Positions 1 through 7,286 of a stretch of 36,370 bases of DNA are shown here, piece after piece. Under the pieces are notes generated by a model. It was not told the origin of the DNA, made no database searches, and saw only the letters and a program-made list of their open reading frames with translations. Source of the DNA: a virus (taxonomy: Duplodnaviria > Caudoviricetes); the IMG/VR virus record IMGVR_UViG_3300020043_007103, positions 1-36,370 of that record; one strand, given 5' to 3'. Position numbers and translations under genes: made by a program. How positions within the stretch are numbered: the stretch's first letter is position 1; every line of letters begins with the position of its first letter.

Positions 1-21
1 CAAATACTGATGCCCCGCACC
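1..21. repeat. Terminal direct repeat (circular overlap), left copy
   Basis: CAAATACTGATGCCCCGCACC matches 36350-36370 at 20/21 positions. Confidence 0.9.
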
Positions 22-1395
22 CGTCGTATCATTAAGCGTAATTGCTGGGGTGGTCGTAGAGATACTTAGGATCGAAGCCGGAGTGGTCGTACCCAATCCG
101 AGGTAGTGCTTGGTCAGGTCGTAGTAGAATCCCGCATTATCCTGGCTATAATAAGTGCCGTTCGAGACGATGACCGATCCGGCCGTCATGACAGTACTCG
201 TGTTCGTGCCGCCGTTTGCCATGGGCAATACCCCCGTTACGCCGGTCGTTAATGCTACCTGCGCCCATGCCGGATTGTTCGATGATCCTGTATTCGAGAG
301 GTAACGTGTCGCATTAGTATCCTTTGCCAGTGCCGTCAGCGTATTAGCTCCCGAGGCATACAAGATATCTCCCTGCGTCAATGAGCTAAGGCCCGTACCA
401 CCGCTCGTGACACCCAACGCCGAGCCGAGCGTCAGGCTGCTTAATACTGTGGCGCCAGCCGAGAACGCACCGGCCACCGAAGCGTTGCCGGTCGTAGACA
501 CTGTCGTGGCATTAAAATTGGTCGTGGTAAGGCCAGCAGTCGTGACATTCGTAAACAAACCATTGGTTACCGTCAGATTCGTGCTAAAGAAATCAGTGCT
601 CGTAATCCGCGTGCTCGTGATGTTGGTGGCCAATAGATTCGTGACGGTAGCATTCGTTGAAAACAAATCAGTTGATGTCGCCCGCGTCGTCGTCACATTG
701 GTAAACAGGGCATTTGTCACTGCCATGTTCGTTGCTGTAATGCCCGAAAAAGCACCAGAACCAGCGGCCGTGAATGTGCCCCCCACATAGAACCCGCCTG
801 TAACCGTTGAGCTTGCGGCAGTCGTCGTGGCAAACGTATTGGTGCCGGTAAATGCGTTAGAAGCATTAAGCAAGGCAATATTTGAAGCGTCCGATAGGTC
901 GGCCGTTGAAAGTCCGCTGATAGCTGCTCCGGTGACGTCTAAGGATGTCGCTATGGTCTGGTTCGTACTCGAAACATTCGTGATGGTAGCATTGCTGCCC
1001 GTGATCGTGCCGATAGTTGCAAACGTGAAGTTCGTATTCGAGGCATAGAGCATGGGGAATGATCCGGTCGGTGCAGACAACAAAGACTGAATGGCCAAGG
1101 CCGCCGTCGACGTACCACCTGCGAACTGGATTGAATTTGTCGTCACGTTCCCGTTATTCGTCACGTCCTGAAACGTTGATGTCGTCCCCCCGCTTCCGGA
1201 TCCGCACCCCGTACAGGTACCGGAAATGGTGATGTTGCGAACGTAGATCGTCTGCCAGACGTTTGACGATGAACCGAGATCGTACGTATTCGTGGCTTCC
1301 GGCAAGACATTACGTTGGTATGTGGTTGTCGGCGCTGCCTGAACGCTTAAGACAGGTACAAGAAGCGCGATAAGGAAGAGTAGAATCTTCGTCAT
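1..1395 (-). CDS. Tail fibre/receptor-binding protein, N-terminal 465 aa (continues across the junction at 36349)
   Basis: Missing from the ORF track because no stop occurs before the edge. Hand translation from ATG 1395 is open to base 1: MTKILLFLIALLVPVLSVQA-APTTT. Contains fibre-like motifs LPEATNTYDLGSSSNVW, GGTGLSSLTQGDILYASG, VTGVLPMANGGT and LGLGTTTP, plus a T/N-rich 5-residue repeat. Confidence 0.85.
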   Translation of the reverse strand, partial: MTKILLFLIALLVPVLSVQAAPTTTYQRNVLPEATNTYDLGSSSNVWQTIYVRNITISGTCTGCGSGSGGTTSTFQDVTNNGNVTTNSIQFAGGTSTAALAIQSLLSAPTGSFPMLYASNTNFTFATIGTITGSNATITNVSSTNQTIATSLDVTGAAISGLSTADLSDASNIALLNASNAFTGTNTFATTTAASSTVTGGFYVGGTFTAAGSGAFSGITATNMAVTNALFTNVTTTRATSTDLFSTNATVTNLLATNITSTRITSTDFFSTNLTVTNGLFTNVTTAGLTTTNFNATTVSTTGNASVAGAFSAGATVLSSLTLGSALGVTSGGTGLSSLTQGDILYASGANTLTALAKDTNATRYLSNTGSSNNPAWAQVALTTGVTGVLPMANGGTNTSTVMTAGSVIVSNGTYYSQDNAGFYYDLTKHYLGLGTTTPASILSISTTTPAITLNDTTGAGHQYL

Positions 1396-1396
1396 A

Positions 1397-2254
1397 TTAT
1401 TCAGAATAGATAATAGTCAATGTCTGGCCAGCGGCGAGCGTGGTGGCTGCGGTGATTTCGTTCGTGAAGGTGATGGTGTGAGCGCTCGCGTTATGCACAT
1501 AATCAGTTGTCGGCCGAAACGCATTCGGAAAAGAACTAGATTGCACTGAGATAATCCGCCACATTGCCGGGAGAGAAAATACTTTAGTCGTACCATCGAG
1601 TGATGAGGAAAGGTCATAAAGTTTAACCATACGTCCACCAGTCGTGTTCCCCGAGCCATGACTCACAAAGTTCTTGCTCTGCAACACCCCGCGTAGGCCG
1701 TCTAACGCCTCTCGCAATCCTTTAATGGCCTTCATATCTAACCGTTCATCACCCTGTAACAGTTCCAAGGCATTACGGATCTCCGGACCGAGCTTAGGCA
1801 AGTCTTTCTCAATGTCCTCAATAACGGGAATGTGGGACTTTAGCTCTTCACGGGCAATGCTAGCTGCTTCCTGAGCGATAGCTTGAGGGTCTGGCAGTTC
1901 TAGAGCATCAAGTTCTGAGATTTTTGCCTCAACTTGGCCTAATTTTTCTGCCACCTGACCATCAATATCGCTTTGCTGGTACATTTTCTCGACGTGCTCT
2001 AGCGCCCATTTCCGCAGGTTCGGTATATGATTATCCTCTTTGATCTGTCGCACGGTATCTTTGTATAACTTCTCCATCTCGGAACGACGATTATCCGCTT
2101 GTTCTAGGTGTTTTTCAGTCAATTTCGTTAAATTCTCCTCGGCTTTTTTGATAAAATCGACAGCCAGCTTAAAACCCGCGAGAAATTCTTCTCGGGTCAG
2201 TCCTTCATCGGCGATCTCTATGAGTTTTTGCAATTTAGCGAGTTTGTCTGGCAT
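1397..2254 (-). CDS. Hypothetical virion-module protein (coiled-coil N-terminus, beta-rich C-terminus)
   Basis: 285-aa ORF abutting the fibre gene in the late operon. Confidence 0.75.
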   Translation of the reverse strand: MPDKLAKLQKLIEIADEGLTREEFLAGFKLAVDFIKKAEENLTKLTEKHLEQADNRRSEMEKLYKDTVRQIKEDNHIPNLRKWALEHVEKMYQQSDIDGQVAEKLGQVEAKISELDALELPDPQAIAQEAASIAREELKSHIPVIEDIEKDLPKLGPEIRNALELLQGDERLDMKAIKGLREALDGLRGVLQSKNFVSHGSGNTTGGRMVKLYDLSSSLDGTTKVFSLPAMWRIISVQSSSFPNAFRPTTDYVHNASAHTITFTNEITAATTLAAGQTLTIIYSE

Positions 2255-2274
2255 ACTAGATAGGTTAGGTGCTA

Positions 2275-2303
2275 TTGACTTTATAATTTATTTATGGTAG
2301 AGT
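2275..2303 (+). promoter_or_regulatory. Sigma70-like promoter for the opposite-strand moron
   Basis: TTGACT-17 nt-TAGAGT with extended -10 TG, 24 nt upstream of ATG 2328. Confidence 0.65.
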
Positions 2304-2327
2304 CTGGCGTTGTTTAGATAATCTTTT

Positions 2328-2777
2328 ATGAGAACTTTTCTAAAAGATAATTGGTTCAAAATAATACTGGTTTTGATTTTTATCGGTATAACTTTGGTGA
2401 TAGCTTATTATTATCTTTCGTATATTCCAGAACGAGACAGAGATAAGCGAATAGATGCTGCAATCGCGGCAGATCAAGAAAAGTTTGATAAAGAACAGAA
2501 AGAAAAGCGTGATTATATTGCAAAGCGTAAGAAAGATTGTTTTGATATATATGATAAGGAGAAAGAAAATTGGAATAATGTTTTAGGTCAGGAGTATGAC
2601 GCCGATTATGACGTTTGTTATGTAATCTATAGATCACAGCAAGGTGAGTGGGCCGGAAAAAATTGTAAACAATACCTACCTACTACCTCCACCCCAGTTA
2701 CCGATCCAATGATTTTAAGATTAATGTTTAATAACTATACGGATTGTTCTGAGAAACAGTTTAGAAAAGAATTTTAA
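2328..2777 (+). CDS. Membrane-anchored moron protein (single TM, 4 Cys); possible superinfection exclusion
   Basis: MRTFLKDNWFK followed by a hydrophobic helix; AT-rich; antisense to the late operon, with its own promoter. Confidence 0.8.
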   Translation: MRTFLKDNWFKIILVLIFIGITLVIAYYYLSYIPERDRDKRIDAAIAADQEKFDKEQKEKRDYIAKRKKDCFDIYDKEKENWNNVLGQEYDADYDVCYVIYRSQQGEWAGKNCKQYLPTTSTPVTDPMILRLMFNNYTDCSEKQFRKEF

Positions 2778-2789
2778 TCGTATTTTTAT

Positions 2790-2987
2790 ATGAACAGCTT
2801 TCTAAAAGAAAACTGGTTTAAACTAATAGCGCTTTTAATGATCGGTCTTATTACATTTTTTTGCATGGTCACATACATATTTGTTGATAAGAGATTGTGC
2901 TATCAAGCTGCGGAGGAGCAGGTCCAGAAATCCGGAAAAGTAATAATAGATCCGTCTAGCGACGACCCGCTTCATCTTTTTGACTAG
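2790..2987 (+). CDS. Small membrane protein with N-terminus paralogous to 2328..2777
   Basis: MNSFLKENWFK plus TM helix; ends DDPLHLFD; 3' end overlaps the convergent gene by 32 bp. Confidence 0.7.
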   Translation: MNSFLKENWFKLIALLMIGLITFFCMVTYIFVDKRLCYQAAEEQVQKSGKVIIDPSSDDPLHLFD

Positions 2988-4314
2988 AATCTTCATCGTT
3001 AAATAACTGCAAAATTTTACTTGCGGTAATCGCGGCCGGGTAACGCCCGGCTTTTAGTAATTTTTCTCCATTCTCTGCAAGCTTATTAAGCCATATAGCT
3101 GACTGGCTTTTAACCGCCGGACTTTGTAAGAATTTTTTTAAAAATAAGACTCCCCCAGCTGCCTTAACTGGTGATGCCGGGTTAACCATGGCTCCTCCTA
3201 GAGATGTCATGATATCGAACGCGTTAATTACTTCTCTATTACCCATCCGACTAACTGCCCTTTGAAGAGATTCCTCTAGCTGGAAAAGTTTAGCATCCCT
3301 TGCGTTTAGTTCAGCTATCTCCGGTACGGCCTTCGCGATTTCATCCTTTAATCCTCTTGCTAACTGTTTTTTAGTCTCCTGTTCAACGGGAGCCATCGCC
3401 CCGTAATATTTATTAACCAATCCCTGAGTAGTTTGTTTTATTTTTTGAGCAGTTTCGATTGGAATATTATCTGGTAAATCATTGAGAATTTTTTTGGAAA
3501 TATCATCGACCTCCTTAACTAACTGTTTTCCACCAAGACTATTTCCGAGATATTCTTTTAATTGATCAAGATACGGAAGGAGAGATTTTTTCTGAACTGC
3601 TCTCCCTTGGGCAATCCCATTGTCAATTACACGACCGATATCTTCTCCGATATCATCCATAATTCCTCTCACCTTTGACAACCCCGAATCACTTACCTTT
3701 ATTCCTTCTTTAATACCAGTCTTAACAACATCAGGAGATTTTTTAAGGACTGAAGCAGTCGGTTTCAGAGCCGACTGATAAAGTTTTTCTGCTCGCGCAA
3801 TGAGAGGAGCTGAAATCTTACCAGCAACTTTGGCCATCGTTTTTTCACCAACACCGGCGATTGTGCTATCTAAAGCAAGACCCGCGATGTTTTTAGCCGT
3901 ACCTTTAAGATTGCTTCCACCTTGTCCTTGAAGAGCTTTGTCGATATCACCGAACTGTTGATTAAAACCCTCGGTAAAAACTCCCTTTTTTCCTTGAGCC
4001 GCTTCGATGCCCTGACCGACAGTATTTGCGATGGTTTTTGAAGCGCTACCAAAGAGAAAATTGGACACCGGTTTAAAGACCTTGCCGAGGCCCTCATCTA
4101 CTCTTTCAAGTAGTCCGGGCTTATTCTCTTTTTGTTCAGTAGGAGTTATTTGGGTCGTGTTAACAGGCTGCTCTTCCTTATAATCCATCAGTCGTGATTT
4201 ATACACCGGATATTTTTCGAGTATTTTCTTCACCAATTGGTCATCATTTGCATTCTTATATTCTGGGAATTTCTGTTTAATTTTTTGTGCGAATTCTTGG
4301 GTGGTTAAAGCCAT
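2956..4314 (-). CDS. Putative DNA ejection/internal virion protein
   Basis: 452 aa, helical, Ala/Gly/Lys-rich; lies downstream of the large ejection protein; N-terminal EFAQKIKQKFPEY..DDQLVKKILEKYP motif. Confidence 0.65.
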   Translation of the reverse strand: MALTTQEFAQKIKQKFPEYKNANDDQLVKKILEKYPVYKSRLMDYKEEQPVNTTQITPTEQKENKPGLLERVDEGLGKVFKPVSNFLFGSASKTIANTVGQGIEAAQGKKGVFTEGFNQQFGDIDKALQGQGGSNLKGTAKNIAGLALDSTIAGVGEKTMAKVAGKISAPLIARAEKLYQSALKPTASVLKKSPDVVKTGIKEGIKVSDSGLSKVRGIMDDIGEDIGRVIDNGIAQGRAVQKKSLLPYLDQLKEYLGNSLGGKQLVKEVDDISKKILNDLPDNIPIETAQKIKQTTQGLVNKYYGAMAPVEQETKKQLARGLKDEIAKAVPEIAELNARDAKLFQLEESLQRAVSRMGNREVINAFDIMTSLGGAMVNPASPVKAAGGVLFLKKFLQSPAVKSQSAIWLNKLAENGEKLLKAGRYPAAITASKILQLFNDEDSSQKDEAGRR

Positions 4315-4315
4315 A

Positions 4316-4465
4316 CTAATAGTAGTTATTAATAACCATGCGAGGCTCTCTTATGTGATGCGTATAGAACCAGATACAGCCGAGTACAAAGGATGCAAAT
4401 ACCATGATTTTAGCTAGCTGACCCCACGTTTTAAGATGGATTTTATTTTTCTTGACAGTTTCCAT
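4316..4465 (-). CDS. 49-aa single-TM protein
   Basis: Hand translation METVKKNKIHLKTWGQLAKIMVFASFVLGCIWFYTHHIREPRMVINNYY; stop lies 1 nt before the next ATG. Confidence 0.6.
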   Translation of the reverse strand: METVKKNKIHLKTWGQLAKIMVFASFVLGCIWFYTHHIREPRMVINNYY

Positions 4466-4499
4466 AAGAAACTCTATAGTACTCATACAAACTTGGCTT

Positions 4500-4543
4500 A
4501 AATCCCGGCGAGGAGTTAGCAGCTCCTATGACCCGGGATTTTT
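4500..4543. terminator. Intergenic hairpin, possible terminator or processing site
   Basis: AAATCCCGG/CCGGGATTT outer stem with inner AGGAGT/GCTCCT stem; T-run on the + side. Confidence 0.45.
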
Positions 4544-4546
4544 GAT

Positions 4547-7282
4547 TTAAGTATAATTTTTAAGTTGTCGTAGAGCGGTAGCAAGCTCGCCGTTCTTACC
4601 GAAGAATCGGTTATACACGGCTTTCTTCACTTGAGGAGTGGAGTTCGCAAACCTTCTCCCGCCATTCCATCGTTCGTTATAGATTGCCTTTATCAATTCT
4701 TCCTCAGATGCATTTTTACCTACCCGAGCGAGCGCTTTGTTAATCACGTCTGTATTTGCTCCGTGTTGCACTCCGGTAGAGAAGATGACCTCGGAAAGAA
4801 CTGGCGTATGTTCTGCTAGATCCAGCCCAGCTTGAGCAGCTTTGACGGCTAATGGCTCGAAGTGGGTTTTAGCGATGTACTGTTCTTGAGCCTGAGCGAA
4901 TCCCTGAGGGTCTTTTTGGGCCACCTCTTTCCATTTGTTACGGAACGCTTCGGAATTAAAGGGGATTCCCGAAAATTCCTTAGCGTAAGGCGACTGCTGC
5001 ACGAACCTCTGCGCATTGTTGTGTGCCAACTGATACGTTCCATAGCTCCACCCACCTGTTGAGTCATAGCCTATCGCCCCCGGATTTCCAGAACTCTCGT
5101 ATTTCTGAGAGAGCTGACCGAGCGAGGCTGCATTCGTGTCGCCTCCAACTGAATTAAAACCTAATCCCAATGGATCATTTGCGTTTCCTCCAGGAAAGAA
5201 ACCCAACCCTAAAGGATCATTTTGTCCAAAGAAACCGATATATTCTTTCCATGCTTGTCCAACGCCCAACACGTTAGCTTGAGATGTATACCGGGCCTTA
5301 CGTGCTTCTACTCCCGTTTCCCAAGCCTTTACTAGATCTTTAGTAGCAAAAGCCAGTTCTCTTGCGGCATCAGGAGAAATTACCTGGCCTTCTGCAACCC
5401 GTGTTAGCGAAGTCTTAAAGCGATCAAAGAAACTGGTAGTTTGATTGGCCAAGGCCACCTCACCTTCCCTGACTGCACTTTCGGGATCGAGATTTTTAAC
5501 AAACGTATACAGAGATTTCAGTTGGTTTGTTGCTGAATTCGGATTTGCTAACACCTGGTCAGCAATTTCGTTAAGACCCTGTCCTTTATCAAACGCTTGG
5601 ACAAGAGCATCCTTCTGATAGTTATTCGTAATATTCAGGAATTGAGCTTGTTGGGCAGGGGTGAGGCCGGAACCATTTGCGATAGTTGAAGCTAATATTT
5701 TTCTATTCGCATCCTGATTTTGGTATTCCGTAAAGCTCATCGGAGTACGTCCAGCTTTCTTTTCTGAATCAGCGTAGAATTGATACTCACCCACTATCCC
5801 AGAACCATACTGAGTTTTCTGATTTTCCAAAGCAGCTTTAGCACCCAAGATCGGCCCCGCCACCTTAATCGCCTCATTAAACGATTTAGCCGAGCTGATT
5901 TTACTCAAAATATTCTGGTCGGTTACTCCTGCGCCAATAGCTTCAAGCACAAGGTTCTGCACCTTCGTCTCCTCAGCTTTCTGTGCGGCAATCGCTTCCT
6001 TGCGCTGATCCAACAACAACTGCTGCGCCTGGGCTGCGATCTTTTCTTCTTTATTCAATGTCGGCTGAAGCGCATTAAGCTGAGCCTGGTATACGCCAAG
6101 CTGTGCTTCGATCGTTGAGTATTTAAGATCAATTGCCCGGTTAACCGTATTCTGCGCCGTCTCGATCTGACCCTGTAAACCCTGCGCGCGGGCTTGTAAC
6201 AAACCGATGTCCGAAGCTTTTGCATTTAGAATCGCCCGCTCAGCACCAATTATAGAATTCATCGTAATCGGTTTCCCCTCCTGAGACTTGGCGAGTGCGT
6301 CATACTCAGCTGATTTACTCAGAATCTGAGCATTAATATCAGCAAACTGCTGACGTAACTGCGGAAGACCGGCGCTTTGTTCGCTCGTTAATTGATCCGC
6401 TGCCCGTTTAGCGTTTTCTCCGACAAGCGAAGCCATCTGGTCAAGCAAGGTCTGTTGTTTTTTTTCCGTTTCTGTTTCCGGTGGGGTAAGGGACTTGATG
6501 ATTTCAGCTAAGCTCGTCGTGGCACCGGCAATCATGGAACCTGCCTGGTCTAAGCCGCTCGGCGTAGCGCCCGGTAAACTGATCGGCGTTTCTTTTGTTA
6601 GTTTTTCCGGCGTAATCGTATTTGTTGGTTTCGGGTAGAGCGAAACACCCGGAACATACTTACCAGCCGGTACATACACTTCTTTATACCCGTCATTCGT
6701 ATCGTATCCTTTGATTAAACCAGGTCCTGGTTTCGAGGAAATCAAACTACGATTGTTATTCACCGGCCCATCAGCCGTAACTACGCCTAACGGAGCTTGG
6801 GGCGTACCCATCACTGAACCGGGAGCATAGAGCTGTCCGGGTTTAGCAGTTTGACTAGGCCCTTTGATTGCAGCCTCAAGCACTGACTGCGGGGCAGCCG
6901 TATATGACGAAGGGACACCTTGCGAGGTTGGATTATTGATCCCGAGCATCGACAAAGCCTGCTCACGGGAAATACCTGAGATCGACGGATTCCAATTGGC
7001 AAGCGCATTGTAAACATCTTTGCTGTTTGGAAGCGTATACCCCGAAAAAGCTGACTTATCGCCCGGAGCTTGACCGTACAGGAAGCCGTTTTTATCCATC
7101 GGAATCCCGGCAGCCTGCGCCTGCTCCGGCGTGATGTTGTTGATTAAGGCCCGGTTAGCAAGGTCTTGAATGCGGGTGTTGAAAGCGTTGACGTCCGCTC
7201 CCGGCTGCAACGCAACCGAGTTACCGAACTTATCGGTTTGTGGTACCCAGGTGTCTGAAGCGATTTGATTTGTTCCTGCCAT
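4547..7282 (-). CDS. Large ejection/internal virion protein with C-terminal VgrG3-like lysozyme-fold peptidoglycan hydrolase
   Basis: Gln/Ala coiled-coil core. C-terminal LSQKYESSG..GGWSYGTYQL..F..KWK..A..DP..F..AQ..YI..THF..STGVQHG pattern resembles the V. cholerae VgrG3 C-terminal muramidase family. Start moved to ATG 7282. Confidence 0.75.
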   Translation of the reverse strand: MAGTNQIASDTWVPQTDKFGNSVALQPGADVNAFNTRIQDLANRALINNITPEQAQAAGIPMDKNGFLYGQAPGDKSAFSGYTLPNSKDVYNALANWNPSISGISREQALSMLGINNPTSQGVPSSYTAAPQSVLEAAIKGPSQTAKPGQLYAPGSVMGTPQAPLGVVTADGPVNNNRSLISSKPGPGLIKGYDTNDGYKEVYVPAGKYVPGVSLYPKPTNTITPEKLTKETPISLPGATPSGLDQAGSMIAGATTSLAEIIKSLTPPETETEKKQQTLLDQMASLVGENAKRAADQLTSEQSAGLPQLRQQFADINAQILSKSAEYDALAKSQEGKPITMNSIIGAERAILNAKASDIGLLQARAQGLQGQIETAQNTVNRAIDLKYSTIEAQLGVYQAQLNALQPTLNKEEKIAAQAQQLLLDQRKEAIAAQKAEETKVQNLVLEAIGAGVTDQNILSKISSAKSFNEAIKVAGPILGAKAALENQKTQYGSGIVGEYQFYADSEKKAGRTPMSFTEYQNQDANRKILASTIANGSGLTPAQQAQFLNITNNYQKDALVQAFDKGQGLNEIADQVLANPNSATNQLKSLYTFVKNLDPESAVREGEVALANQTTSFFDRFKTSLTRVAEGQVISPDAARELAFATKDLVKAWETGVEARKARYTSQANVLGVGQAWKEYIGFFGQNDPLGLGFFPGGNANDPLGLGFNSVGGDTNAASLGQLSQKYESSGNPGAIGYDSTGGWSYGTYQLAHNNAQRFVQQSPYAKEFSGIPFNSEAFRNKWKEVAQKDPQGFAQAQEQYIAKTHFEPLAVKAAQAGLDLAEHTPVLSEVIFSTGVQHGANTDVINKALARVGKNASEEELIKAIYNERWNGGRRFANSTPQVKKAVYNRFFGKNGELATALRQLKNYT

Positions 7283-7286
7283 AGAA

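Noticed and set aside
407-1048. Plus-strand ORFs 407..790 and 827..1048
   Set aside because: Antisense shadows of the Thr/Asn-rich fibre gene on the minus strand.
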